64,000 bases of DNA, taken from assembly GCA_973895155.1 (NCBI GenBank), contig OZ316897.1:5225976-5289975 (forward strand), in the 5' to 3' direction. A program made the position numbers and the translations under genes. Of the stretch, positions 37,046 to 50,344 are shown one piece after another. Numbering within the stretch: the first letter of the stretch is position 1; each line of letters starts with the position of its first letter. The stretch is from Marsupella aquatica. Taxonomy: Eukaryota; Plantae; Marchantiophyta. A model generated the notes under the pieces. The model did no database searches and had not been told where the DNA came from. It saw only the letters and a list, made by a program, of their open reading frames with translations.

Positions 37046-40000
37046 CACTAGTAGAAACCGGGGCAATTTAGACCGAACCTTATAGGACTGAGGCCACTAA
37101 GTCCTTTTTTCATACTTAAAATGACTCGGAACCATTCATCCGGTTCACATGAACACTAGGAAAGACTATGAGTGCTTTCTAGTTTATGATAAGACTGGAA
37201 AAAGTCACCTTGCTACTTTGTGAAGGGTGAAACTCTTAATATTGGCTTTTGCTAATGGCCGTGCATTGGGGGGGGGGGGTGCACAACAAAAATGGGGAAT
37301 AGCCCCAATGTGTCATATATACCCAACAAGGCCATGCTATAATCCATGATCGACTTGTCATCCCCCAAGAACATGTCGTTATTTTTACAACAACAAAGCA
37401 AGCAACCAAATTAGGATAACTTGTGCTTTGGTACATACCCCAAATTCATTTGTATCATATCTGTTGGGAAACATAAGTATAAGGGATTCAAGAGGACATT
37501 GTTCACTTATATTAAGGAGGCACTTAACTCATTAAATGGCCTCGTTTGTGACCAAAAGATGTTTGGGTTACATGAAGTTAAGTTTGCTCTTAATTTAGCC
37601 CACATATAACCCTTACTGCCAAAGTATTGCTTTAGGGTTTAAACCGTTTAACTACCCTAATATGTCACAGTTCAAAATTCTTGAGTTCATGAGGGAGGGA
37701 GGTGCAAGATTTTATTCATGCACCATTACTTACCACATCTGCAACATCGGCTAACTTTTGTAAGGGAATCCCAAGGGGGCTTCTACTTTTGCGACCGTTG
37801 GACGGGAACGAGTTGGAGCAACCATTGGAGGGTCAACCCTAATCCCACATTTCTAACTTTTTGCATATCCAGCCAGTGGTTTATCGTGTTGTCTTTGTGG
37901 GCCACTTTGCACCTCCACACTCTGTCGCACCCTAATCCCGCCACATTTCTAACTTTTTGCATATCCAGCCAGTGGTTTATCGTGTTGTCTTCGCGGGCAC
38001 TACTGTGAAGTGAGGTTTAGATTGACTCTTTTCTCGTGGTTGGTGCTATGGAATTAGAGACAAAGGATTTGGTGTGCCAGGGATGCTGCGGTAACAACGT
38101 GAACCGGTCATTTTTTACAGTCCTGCAATGTTAGTGAGCTGTGAAGGTTGCGCTTGAGAGCTAACAGTCCCGTCGCCGCCTGCTCCCATTGTTGTGACTT
38201 CATTCAAGTTGCTCGAGCATCGGTGATTTCTACTGCTACGGAAGGCAAGCTGCTTGAAGGGAGGCGACATTGTCTGCAAACATTGCAGAAGGCCATCAAA
38301 GGCTGGGCCTAGCAGCTGCAAGAGCTATGGTCGAGGAGGACCTCAATGCGGGGAGAAGCTGCGGGTGGGGACGAGCTGCGGGCGGGGACGAGCTGCGATC
38401 AGGGAGGATACATTGGGTCATCACTTACATTTTAGGTGTTGACGTGAGGGAGACCTTGAGGTCGGAGGTGGTCTGCAATTGACAAGAAGGTTGACATTCC
38501 CTCCCACTGCGGATTGGTACTTCATTCAGGTGATTCCTATTGTTGCCTCCCACCGCCATTGCCAATTGCCGCTATCATCATTGATTGCGTGCTTGCCACT
38601 GCCTTTGCTAGTTGCCACCGCCTGTGCTTGTCACTGCCTTTTGTATTGTCTGTGGCTTTTGGTACCCTATTGAGAAATACTGGTCAGCTTAGTCACGCAT
38701 TGCACTGAAGATTTCTGCCAGGTCTACGCATGTAATCCTTTGTCTATTGGTCGCTGTCATCTGCATTTTTTTAGGGACCGTCCACAGTTGCGGTGGGAGT
38801 GGATAGTGCTGGTCACCTGTTCAGGAGGTGCAAGGTGAGAGGGTGGAGAGGACCTGCGCTGCTCAGAATAGAAGTGGTGAGGTTGAGGGGAGCACCCGGG
38901 GGAGCAGCTGCAAGCTTACCATCTTCAGAGTGGGGATTTTCTTGGGGATTTCTGCTAAACTGCTCTGGCTTTCTTCTCGAAGGTAAGCTACTCCGGACTG
39001 TCACTTAGCGAGTTGGTCGCGCTACTAGAAGTACTACCACTTTTACTATAACGCCAACCTCAGTGCTTTTTATAGAATGCTTTGTTGTTCTTCTACTCGG
39101 CATGGCATCATCCTTATTGCCCGTCGCGCTGTGACCAGCAATGGAAAGCGTAGACTATCTCCCTTTGCTAGTCAAAAGGCTGCGAGGTCTGATTTATGTC
39201 TTGCTGGAGTTTTGCTCCTCTATGTGCTTTGTTGTGTTAGCTTTGTTTGTTGTGATCTGTCTTACCCTACTGAGTACTAGTTTTACACTCTGTGATCCGA
39301 CTTCATTCCCTACAAATAAATGGACACGACACTGTCTTGCTGGAGTTTTGGTGGTCTAGCTCCGTGCTTTGTTTGCTGTGATCGGTCTTACCCTATTGAG
39401 TACTAGTTTCGCACCCTGTGATCCGACTTCATTGCCCCGGTGATTTTCTCTGTCTCTATCCTCTACATTCAGCTTGCGGGTGGGTTTTGTTATGATTTGA
39501 TTGGATGACTGATTGTTTTGGAGTTGTAGCCGTGGTCAAACGCACGTCTATTAAAAACAAGTTCATGGAGCTCAGGTTGCTGCTGTATATAAAGTGCAGC
39601 AGGATCTAGAACTGCTTGCAGTCCCAGTGAATCATACATGCTACAATCACAGGATATGACTTCAATAAGTCTTCATAGTTTCTCATTTTTGTAGAATCTG
39701 AGATGTTGCTGGCCCAGGAGATGAGTTTCCCTTAAGAGTCCATAGTTATAAGCAGTGTGGGCCATGTAATACAGTTGAGAATGATGGCAAGTATAATTTG
39801 TTAATGGGTCCAATGCCATGTTTGTGAGCTATTGAGTTGGGTAGGAGAAAATTACCAAAACATTGTCGCAATTGCTTCCAGAACAATTGTTGCATATGGC
39901 AATGGCAAAGAAGGGGAAGAAGACTGTTCATAATGGTAAGGAGATAGTGACAACTTTGTGGTTGGTGACATGTACATTTAGCACATGTGATGAGTGATTG

Positions 40001-41461
40001 ACTTATGTTGGACATGACACTGAATTGTAGTTGATGCAGAGTTGACAGACTCTCAACCAAGTGGGAGTAGGGTGAAGCGACGTCGAAACTTGGGAGCAAC
40101 ATTGGATGCAAGTAAGATTGTAGATGCTTCAATTGAAGCAAGTACAATGTTGGCAGATACTGAGATGATGTCGCAGGGAAATCCTGCTACACAATCAGAA
40201 GTGTCAAATATGGATGCAGATTCTTTGAAGAAGAGTGTAGCCAATTCTCGATCACCAGCACAAAACACTCGTGCCAAAGTCATGACTCGCAACCAAGGTA
40301 TGAATAATGTCATGTATAAGCCACCCAGGAAAGCCAAGAAAATCAGCCAGGGTAAGGTGGAGGTGATAGCCACAGCAGAGCCAGTCCATAATCTTCTATC
40401 ATGGGAGGATGACTCGCAGGTATGTGTGGGTACAGGCATTTTGCGATCGGATCATGCAAAATTCCATGGCAAAGTGGTCCCGGATGACCATGTAGTAGTG
40501 TTGTTGACTACAGTGATTGTATCTGATTGTAATTTGCCATTTCTGAATAGAGACGATGATCCACCTCGGGAAATAATTGTAGATGCAGTAGGATCTCTTG
40601 TGCTCTGGCCATCAGAGTGTGTTAGTCTGCAGTGACTGAATGCAAGTGTAGATAGAATCATGTGAATTGTGTCACATTTTGACATTGCCTTGGAAAGATC
40701 CAAGAAATATCTGTACCAATTTTTCCATTTGGTAAAGAGGATGAAGGAGACGTTGTGTGTGACATTGATATTTCTGAATTCTGTATGTATGAAAGAAGTG
40801 ATTGATGTCAAACTATGGCTCTATGGTGATTGTCTATGATACTTGAATCTATTTTATCATTTCAGTATTAGTGTGTATGGTATAGAGGAATACTTTGTGA
40901 CCTTCTTTGTAGTCTATGAAGTTTGAATCTGTGAATTCATATTAGTGTACATGGTATAGAAGATGGCTTTCTGAAACTATGTATTCTAATGTTAACATGA
41001 TGAATGGTGAACTTATAGAGTGAGTTCATTCCAAGTACACAATAAAACATGAATGCAATATGTTATTTGTGCACAAGAGTGGGTTCATTCCAAGTAGTAT
41101 AGTGGGGTCTTCATCACTCATATCCAGTTGACATGAAAGACTTATACATACCCCACAAAGTATATTTAAAGACTACCCTCCATAACCTTTTTAGTCGTTC
41201 CCAACGACTCATCATCGCAGCCCATAAAAGACTGAAAACGACTCACCAAAGCTACCCACACAAAGACTAAAATAGACTGAAAATCCAGTCTATTAAACGA
41301 CTTATAAACCAGTTCTATAAAGGACTCAGTTGATTATAGTAACAAAACATACGACTCGCAGTCCTATAAAGGACTGGAGTCCTTCCCAGTCGTTTCCAAG
41401 TCCTATACGGTACTGAATAGTCGTTTAATGGGGTCTAAATACCCCCCGGTTTCTACTAGTG
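37046..41461 (+). mobile_element. Non-autonomous CACTA (En/Spm) element
   Basis: TIR CACTAGTAGAAACCGGGG...ATTTAGACC. 3-bp TSD CAC. GACT/AGTC-rich subterminal repeats. Confidence 0.92.
40042..40635 (+). CDS. CACTA TnpA/TNP1-like C-terminal domain exon
   Basis: VGTGIL...FHGKVVPDDHVVV...LPF...IVDAVGSLVLWP resembles the En/Spm Tnp1-like C-terminal domain. Probably the last exon. Confidence 0.6.
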   Translation: MTDSQPSGSRVKRRRNLGATLDASKIVDASIEASTMLADTEMMSQGNPATQSEVSNMDADSLKKSVANSRSPAQNTRAKVMTRNQGMNNVMYKPPRKAKKISQGKVEVIATAEPVHNLLSWEDDSQVCVGTGILRSDHAKFHGKVVPDDHVVVLLTTVIVSDCNLPFLNRDDDPPREIIVDAVGSLVLWPSECVSLQ

Positions 41462-42157
41462 CACCAAACACAAGAAACCCCCTTGCTCAAGCCAATTCCC
41501 GCAGGTTTCATCCTTGGCGAGGCCGTTTCCGCGGCTTAGCGGCATGGGACGCTGCTAATCTCTCCTTCTACTACTAATATTAACATTTTACACACATATA
41601 CTGGACGAATCCTTCATCGGGTCATGAGATACGTAGCTGGCCTAATCTAGGCCTTCTCTTGTCTTTCCCTCCTGTTGGTTAGGTATATTTTGATTCCGCC
41701 GCCGGAATGATCCCCAATTGGCTTGGTTAAGCCGCTAAGACCTCTCTCAGCTCGACACATCCAACTCTCACTCCCTTGCTTACTTCCCTTCTACTTGTTG
41801 ATGTGGGCACTCTTCACACAAATTAATGCGACACACAAATAGCAAAATGACTCCTTCTGACTGAGTTATACCATGCACTTGTAATACAAACAGTGAGTAA
41901 TACTGGTGGCTGCCAATGCTTCCTCCGCAGCCACTGCCGTTGGTCTGTCTTCTGACAGATTACCTGCCCCTGACCGAGTCAACTCTTCATCGGCCTGACT
42001 GGGTCCACCCTCGGCTTCGGCCTCAGCATCGGTCACGGCCTCCGCCACGGCTACGGCCTCCCCGGCATGTTCTAGTGGAGGATCCGGTACCTCGGCAGCA
42101 CTGGTTCTCCCGGCCTTGGCCTTGGCCTTGCTATCTCCACTTCCTAGGATTGGTGGA

Positions 42158-45100
42158 TGTGATGCCTAGCCAGGAATCACTCGGCCAGTGAAGTGGGTAA
42201 AGCAGGAATGCACCCTAGAAACACCTTAGTATAGGGACAAAACAAGGAAAATATAAACAATTAGGGGCGACTATGGAACCAGGGCCGAGGCCGGGGGTAA
42301 GGACGCTGGGGGTGAAAACTCGATTAGGGTTAGGGCGCGTTAAGCGTCGGCGGCTAGGAAGGATCAACGGGAGGAAGGACCGGAAGAGGAGAGGGGTAAG
42401 GAGCGCTTGCAGGAGATGGTGGCTCATTTGTGAGCACGAACTAGGCAGACGACTACGGGAGGCCAACTACTGACAGTTGCTTAGGCAAGCACTCGGGGAG
42501 AGAGTAGATACCGACGATCGACCTAAGGAGGGTATGAGCAACGTCAATCAAGCAGCACATTTCTGGGGATGCCTGTTCGAACGGGCAGCTGAGTACATCA
42601 AGACTTACGAGGATGAGGAATCAGAAAGGGCAGCTCGAGAATGGCAGGAGCTCGCTCGATTGTGGGAGCTGCAGAAGACGGCTTTCTTAGGAGGCGAACT
42701 CATCAAGGACGAGTTCTTGTGGACTCCTACTTCCAATCAGCTCGACGATCTTCTGTTTTGCAAAGAGAGCGTCGTCGGCATCCGAGAGGCCATCAAGAAC
42801 TGCAACGACATACACTGGGAATTGAAGGGTAGCACGGAAAGTTGGACCCAGGCAACGGTGCTAGGAGAAACCTCCACGGCAGCAGAGATGAAGAGGAAGG
42901 GAGCCGTCAACGATGAAGCCACCCCGGAAAAAAGAACGAGGTCGGCGGCACCAAAGAAGCCAGCCGAGCAGCAGAGCAGGAGGCAGGGAGAAGCCAAAGA
43001 GGAGGAGGTTGATCCCATCAAGGCCATTCCAACCAGGGATGACACCTGGAAGGGCTGGGCGGCAACCCTACCGGTGGAGGTGCAACTACATTTTGCACGG
43101 GAGGAGGATGCATGCTTTACGGCCATGCAGACCAAGAAGTACCAAGGCTTCATGGCCGGATCCGGCTTAGAGGCCTTTGTAAGATTACCATGGCTGAAGC
43201 CGGAGGTACCGGAGTCAGACCTATTAGAATTCGTGGGGTCATGGGAACCCGAGACCAATTGCACGAGGATATATGGGAAGCATTTCTATCTTACTCCCAA
43301 AGTGATTGCCGAAGTGTTTGGCTTGCCGATAGGCAATAAGACCAAAGTTGATACCAGGAAGACCTTGCCTGACAAGGAGTTCCGATCGTTCCCCGGGCCA
43401 TCAACGAAGAATGGCTTCTTCCGGAACACCTGCACCAACCCGCACATAGCAGAGATGATCGACTTCTTGCGGGTGACCATGCATTGTAACTTGCCAAGGG
43501 CAGAGATCGGCAAGGCACAGGTCTATCTGGCAGAGAGGTCAGACCCAAGCCGGGACTACAACAGGTACCTCCTCAACCAATTGAAGAAAATCTTAAAGGA
43601 GGAGCAGCAGGTAATCGGCATGGGGAGCGTGTCACGGCTTGGCTATCACATGCCGCTGTTGTGCCGGTATGCCAGAGGTCAGACTTTTGCCCCAGTACTT
43701 CCCCTGCAGTTAAGGGCACCCGAGGAAGCTCTAGCACCGAGGCCGGTAGCAGAGAAGCCTCAACCACCTGTTAGCCCTACGATCGAGCAGGTGTTTAGGC
43801 CAAGGAAGGAGGACTTGCCGATGCAGAAACCAGGCATGCAGAGTCTACTGAAACTACTGGAGAAAGAAAAGAGATCGGCATCGGCAACGACAATGGCAAC
43901 GGCAACAATGCAGGACACTACTCCAGAGGTAGGCCTACACCAGCTCACAAGAGAAAACCCCTTTGCTGGAGACAAGGAGAGAATCAGGCCGGAATCCAAG
44001 CCAGGTGTTCGAATGTATGTGGGAGTCTCAAGCTCTGAATCTGAGGCATAATTGCCTGAAGCTCCTACCGACAAAGAAGAGAGGGAGAAGCCGGAAGTCC
44101 AAGAAGTAGAGGAGGCAGTGGAGGACTGCAGCCATGATAACTCCGGCTATGGGTCGGACCATCACGTTCCAGGAGTAAGGACCTATGGCCGGTTTGTCCC
44201 CACACTTCCAAGGGTAGTACGAGGGGACCCCAACCAGCAGAGTAGCCCTGAGTCTCCCCCACCAGATGTTGCTCCCCCGAGCTTTGACGGCATAAAACAG
44301 ACGGCGCAGGAATTTCAGGAGCGAATCAGGCAGGAAGAGGAGGCAACCCTGGCTAGAGAAAAGGATTTGCCAGGAGGAGATTGGCCGGAGGACATCAGGC
44401 GGCTAGCCGAAAAAGGAAGCAAACCTCTAGCCACGATTGAAGAGATCCGCAAGACGGCTTGGGAGCAGAGGCCGCGATGGGCGATGCCGATCACTTCTAC
44501 TTACTCCACCTACGCTAAGAATAGAGCCATGGAGTATGGTGAGATGTGTGGGGAACTTGCGCTCGGCATCTTTGGAGAGGAGTTGGAGGTAGGACCCTTT
44601 TTCCATAGGGAGCAGTTGGAGAAGCACCAGTTAGAAGAAGCGGTGGCTTTAGAGAGAAGCAAGAAGGACGAGGTCATTCGGCGGCTTAGGAGGATGGAAG
44701 CCGAGATTGAAGATCTAAGGGCGGCCAAGAAAGCCCAAGATGAACTGCGGATTAAACGGCATGAGCTGAACATCATGCAGGGGCAGTTGGACACCGCGCA
44801 GGCTGATAATCAGAATATCAAGGATAAACTGACTCAGACGTAGGGAGAGTTGGCTGATACGATCAAAGAGAGGGAGAAGTGGAAGCGAGAGCAGAGAAAT
44901 GCAGAGGAGGCCCACATAACAGCCAACAGCCAGGCCATGGCGGAGACCCAAAGAAAGGAATGGGCGTTGAAGGGGGAGCTCGAGAAAATCCGCGGAGCCC
45001 TTGAGCAGAAGGAGGCCGAGTTAGGAAAATCCTATCAAGGGATTATGGCGCTGCAGCAGGAGCTTGCGTCCCTGACGGCCAGCTTCAAGGCCGACCTAAG

Positions 45101-46831
45101 GGAGAAGGACGAGATGCTCGATCAGACTTACACCAAGATGAATCAGATGGAGTCTATCATCATTGCAGAGCTCGACAAGGAGCTAAGAGCAACCCGGGAG
45201 GAGAGGGCTAGCTTGAAGAAAGAACGGGAGGAAGCCCAGAAGGAACTAGAGGAGGCGCGCAAGGACCTGGATGAGACCCAGGAGGAGTTGGAGGAAATCA
45301 CGAGGAAGATGGAGAACCTCCAGCGGCGGGCCGACAACCAAACAGAGCGGCTGAAGAAACAAGCCGCAGTATTTAAGTGCTTGTCTTCATCAGGCCCAAC
45401 TCCAATTGGGGCAACCAAGTTACCAGGAGTGGTACTGGCCGAAGAAAAAGCCGCACCACCTGCACCAGTGCCGGAAGTAAGTGGGAAGGGGAAGGGACCA
45501 GCTGCCAAACCAGAAAAGAAGAAGAAGCGGAAACCTTCAGGGTCAAGGAGTAATACGGATCCACTGGCCGTGGTGACCAAGGAGGTAGACCCAGCACCAA
45601 CCTCCGGCATGAACACGGCAATAGATCCCGCTATCACCAAGGGTGGGGAAGGTGCGGCCCAAGCCGAACTACTCAATCATGAGGCCGGTATCCCAAATCT
45701 GCCTCTTGAGCAAGCCGGGGAAACCGTAGCCGAGGCTGAGGCCGTAGCCAAGAATGATTCCCGAGCCGATGCCGACGCCGATGGTGGACCCAGTCAGGCC
45801 GATGGAGAGTTGACTCGGTCAAGGGCAGGTAATCTGTTAGAAAATGAACCTACGGTAGTGGCTGAGGAGGAAGCGTTGGGGGCGTCCATTGAGGATCCAC
45901 CACCGGTGTCGTGACGGTGCAAGGGCGTCATTCCTTTTAGGAAGGGCGGACGTGGAGGGAGGAGGCGTGAGTGGGCAGGGCGGGCGCTGATCTCCAAGTT
46001 TAGGATTAGGATCAGGACCAGGAGCGGCCCTGACACATAGCTTAGTGGGATTGTGGTTCCACTGGTAGGAGCAACGCTTGTGCTCCTGCCTTGCTGTACA
46101 TAGGTAGATCTGGGCAAGTAGATTACTGTTAGGTAGATTAGGCTTATGCTGCAAAGAATTAGGCGGATCCACTACCAGGATAAGTACCTGGGCAGTGGGG
46201 AGCTCAGGGCCTCTTCTTTAGCAAGTTTTTAGTTTGCACCAGCCGGGCTGGGATCAAGTAGTAAGAGAAGCTCTCGGTTAGTCATACAGTGACCCTTGTG
46301 TATATTCATGTTTCCTCATGCCTAAGAGCTGAATAGAGTTGGCCTCACGGCTTAGTTCGCAGAGCTTGTGTATGAGATGTACTGTTTGTATGGCAAGTGC
46401 ATGGTATGACTCAGTCAGAATGAGTCATTTTGCTATTTGTGTGTCGCATTAACTTGTGTGAAGAGTGCCCACATCAACTAGAAGGAAGGAAAGTAAGCAG
46501 GGGAGTGAGAGTTGGATGTGTCGAGCTGAGAGAGGTCTTAGCGGCTTAACCAAGCCTATTGGGGATCATTCCGGTGGCGGAATCCAAACATACCTAACAA
46601 GACGGAGGGGAAGATGAGGGAAGGCCTAGATTAGGCCGGCTACGTATCTCATGACCCGATGAAGGATCTGTCCAGTATATGTGGGTAAAAGGCTAATAGT
46701 AATAGTAGGAGGAGGTTAGCAGCGTCCCATGCCGCTAAGCCGCGGAAACAGCCTCACCAAGCGCGAAACCTGCGGGAATCGGCTTGAGCTGGGGGGTTTC
46801 TTGGGTTTAGGGAGCCATGGGACGCACCACA
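42158..46831 (+). mobile_element. Solo LTR A, 4,674 bp, containing a long ORF
   Basis: TGTGATGC...GCACCACA ends. Perfect 5-bp TSD GTGGA (42153-42157, 46832-46836). Confidence 0.9.
42273..45914 (+). pseudogene. LTR-encoded ~1213-codon ORF: plant-mobile-domain-like region plus long coiled coil; three in-frame stops
   Basis: ORFs 42273, 42477, 44052 and 44850 are in one frame, separated by single stops. Core GLEAFVRLPW...LLEFVGSW...LTPKVIAEVFGLP. No gag, RT or IN motifs. Confidence 0.75.
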
Positions 46832-49800
46832 GTGGATCCACCGCCGTGCCGATACCGGAGGTTGGTGCCGGGTTTATCTTCTCGGTCACAACGGCTTGAG
46901 AAGCCGTATAACTCCCAGACCTAGAAGGTTTCCGCTTCTTCTTCTTCCCTATTTTGATAGCCGGTTCCTTCCCCTTGCCACTTACCTCCGACACCGGGGT
47001 GAGTGTTACGGCTTGTCCTTCGGCCAATACTACCCCTGGTAACTGGGTTCCCCCAATTGGAGTTGGACCTGATGAAGCCAAGCATTTAAATACTGCGGCT
47101 TGTGTCTTTAGCCGCTCTGTTTGGTTGTCGGCCCCCCGCTGTAGGTTCTCCATCTTCCTCGTGATTTCCTCCAACTCCTCCTGGGTCTCGTCCAGGTCCT
47201 TGCGCGCCTCCTCCAGCTCCTTATTGGCTTCCTCCAATTCTTTCTTTAAGGTAGCCCTCTCCTCTTGGGTTTCTCTTAGCTCCTTGTCGAGCTCCGCTAC
47301 GACCACAGACTCCATCTTATTCATCTTGGTATAAGTCTGGTCAAGCTAGTCGTCCTTTTCACGCAGGTCGGCCTTGAAGCTGGCCGTCAGGGACGCAAGC
47401 TCCTGCTGCAGCGTAATAATCCCTTGATAGGATTTCCCTAACTCTGCTTCCTTCTGCTCAAGGGCTCCGTGGATATCTTCAAGCTCTCCTTTCAACGCCC
47501 TCTCCCTTCTCTGAGTCTCCGCCATGGTCCGGTTGTTGGCGGTTAAATGGGCCTCCTCTGCGTCCCTTAGCTCCCGCTTCCATTTCTCTCTTTCTTTGAC
47601 TGCGCCGGCCAACTCTTCTTGGGTCCGAGTCAGTTTATCCTTGATAATCTGATTGTCAGACTTAGCGGTATCCAACTGCCCCTGCATGATGTTTAGCTCA
47701 TGCCGCTTAATCTGCAACTCATCTTGGGCTTTCTTGGCCGCCTGCAGGATTTCCACCTCGGCTTCCTTCTCCCTAAGCCGCCGGATGACCTCGTCCTTCT
47801 TGCTTCTCTCCAAAGTCATCGCTTCTTCTAATCGGTGCTTTTCCATCATCTCCCTCTAGAAAAAGGGTCCCTGCTCCAACTCCTCCCCAAAGATGCTGAG
47901 CACCAGGTCCCCACACATCTCTCCGTACTCCATGGCTCTATCCTTAGCATAGGTGGAGTAACTAGAAGTCATCGGCATCAACCACCGCGGCCTCTGCTCC
48001 CAAGCCGTCTTGCGGATTTCTTCTACGCTGGCAAGAGGGTTGCTTCTTTTTTCGGCAAGCCGCCTGATGTCCTCCGGCCAATCTCCTCCTGGTAAATCCT
48101 TCTCCCTAGCCAGGGCTGCCTTCTCTTCCTCCCTAAGTCGCTCCTGAAATTCTTGTGCCGTCTGCTTTATGCCGTCAAAGCTCGGGGGAGAAACCTCTGG
48201 TGGGGGAGACTCGGGGTTACTCTGTTGGGTGGGGTCCCCTCAAACTACTCTTGGAAGCGTGGGGATAAATTGGCCACAGGTCCTTACTCCTGGAACATGA
48301 TGATCCAACCCATAGTCGGAGTTATCATTGTTGTAGTCCTCCACTGCCTCCTCCACTACTTGGACTCCCGGCTCCTCTGCCTCTGATTTGGGGCTTGAGG
48401 CTCCCACGTACATTCGCACTCCCGACTTGTGTTCCGGCCTCAATCTCTCCTTGGTTCCGGTAAAGGGGTCTTCCCTTCTGAGTTGGCTTAGGCCGACCTT
48501 TGGGGCAACGTCTTGTGTCGGTGCCGTTGCCGTTGCCGTTGCTGTTGTCGGAACCATTCTCTTTTCCTTCTCCAGCAATTTCAGCAGATTTTGCATGCCT
48601 GGTTGCTGCATCGGCAAGTCTTCTTTCCTTGGCCTAAACACCTGCTGGATCGTCGGACTGTCGGGCTGGTTGGGCTTCTCTGGTGCCGGCCTCTGCTCTG
48701 GGACCTCCTCCGGTGCCCTTGCCAATAGGGGAAGTACTGGGGCAAAGATTTGACTTCTGGCATACCGGCAGAACAGCGGCATGTGATAGCCAAGCCGGGA
48801 CACGCTTCCCACGCCGATCACCTGTTGTTCCTCCTTCAAGATCTTCTTCAGTTGGTTGAGGAGGTACCTGTTGTAATCCCGGCTTGGGTCTGGCCTTTCT
48901 GCCAGGTAGACCTGAGCCTTGCCGATCTCTGCCCTCGGCAAGTTACAATGCATGGTCACCCGCAAGAAATCGATCATCTCTCCAATGTGCGGGTTGGTGC
49001 AGGTGTTCCGGAAGAAGCCATTCTTCGTTGATGGTCCTGGGAACGACCGGAACTCCTTGTCAGGTAAGATCTTCCTGGTATCAACCTTGGTCTTATTACC
49101 CATCGGCAAGCCAAACACCTCAGCAATCACCCGGGGGTGAGATAGAAATCCTTCCCATACACCCTCGTGGAATTGGTCTCGGGTTCCCATGATCCCACGA
49201 ATTCTAATAAGTCTGAGTCTGGTACCTCCGACTTCAGCCATGGTAATCTTACGAAGGCTTCCAAGCCGGATCCGGCCATGAAGCCCTGGTACTTCTTGGT
49301 CTGCATGGCCGTAAAGCATGCATCCTCCTCCCGTGCAAAGTGTAATTGCACTTCCTCCGGTAGGGTCACCGCCCAGCCTTTCCAGGTGTCATCGTTTGTT
49401 GGAATGGCATTGATGGGATCAACCTCTTCCTCTTCGGCTTCTCCCTGCCTCCTGCCCTGCTGCTCTACTGGCTTCCTTGGTGCCGCTGACCTCGTTCTTT
49501 TTGCCGGGGTGGCCTCTTCGTTGATGTTTCCTTTCCTCTTCATCTCGACTGCCATGGATGTTTCTCCTAGCAAGGTTGCCTTCGTCCACCCCTCCGTGTT
49601 ACCCTTCAACTCCCAGTGTAGGTCGTTGCAGCGATTGATGGCTTCCCGGATGCCGACGATTCTGTTTTCGCAAAACAGAAGGTCGTCGAGCTGATTGGCA
49701 ATAAGAGTCCACAAGAACTTGGCCTTGATAAGTTCTCCTCCTAAGAAAGCCGTCTTCTGCAGTTCCCAGAGCCGAGCGAGCTCCTGCCATTCTTGAGCTA

Positions 49801-50158
49801 CTCTCTCTGATTCTTCGTCCTCGTAAGTCCTGACGTACTCACCTGCCCGTTTGAACAGGCATCCCCAAAAATGTGCCGCTTGATTGACGTTGCTCATACC
49901 CTCCTTGAGTCGATCATTGGTATCTGTTCCCACCCCGAGTGCTTGCCTAAGCAGCTGACAACATTTGGTCTCCCGTAGTCGTCTGCCCAGTTTGTTCTTG
50001 CAAATGAGCCACTATTCCTCGCGAGCGGTCCTTACCCCTCTCCTCCTCTGGTCTTCCCTCCCGTTGGTCACCCCTAGCCGCCGACGCTTAGCGCGCCCTA
50101 ACCCTAATCATGTTCTCTCCCCCGACGTCCTTACTTCCGGCTTCGTCCCGGGTTCCAT
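46832..50158 (-). pseudogene. Family-A ORF in LTR B (frameshifts and stops; C-terminus continues 42157-41900)
   Basis: ORFs 49127..49933, 48240..49319, 47346..47849 and 46716..47324 are closely similar to the LTR A ORF. Confidence 0.8.
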
Positions 50159-50344
50159 AGTCACCCTTAATTGTTTATATTTTCCTTGTCTTGTTACTAT
50201 ACTAAGGTGTTTCCAGGGATTTTTGCAGACGGGATTATAAGCCACACGACGGAAGAAGAAGAAATGTTTTAGGCAAGGCCGGACGGAATCTTGGAGAATA
50301 TACTACATCCCCAGAGTTTGCATATACCTTCTTGGCGGCTGCTG

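Larger units (their letters stand above)
37024..50218 (-). mobile_element. LTR B (family A, minus strand), split by the CACTA element and LTR A; 5' end missing
   Basis: Segments 37024-37045, 41465-42157 and 46832-50218 rejoin across the TSDs into a reverse copy of 42158-46831. About 0.5 kb is deleted near 41900. Confidence 0.85.

Noticed and set aside
42737-49694. Long antisense ORFs opposite the LTR ORFs (e.g. 42737..43264, 45143..45676, 49167..49694)
   Set aside because: Shadow frames of the Glu/Lys-rich sense ORF.
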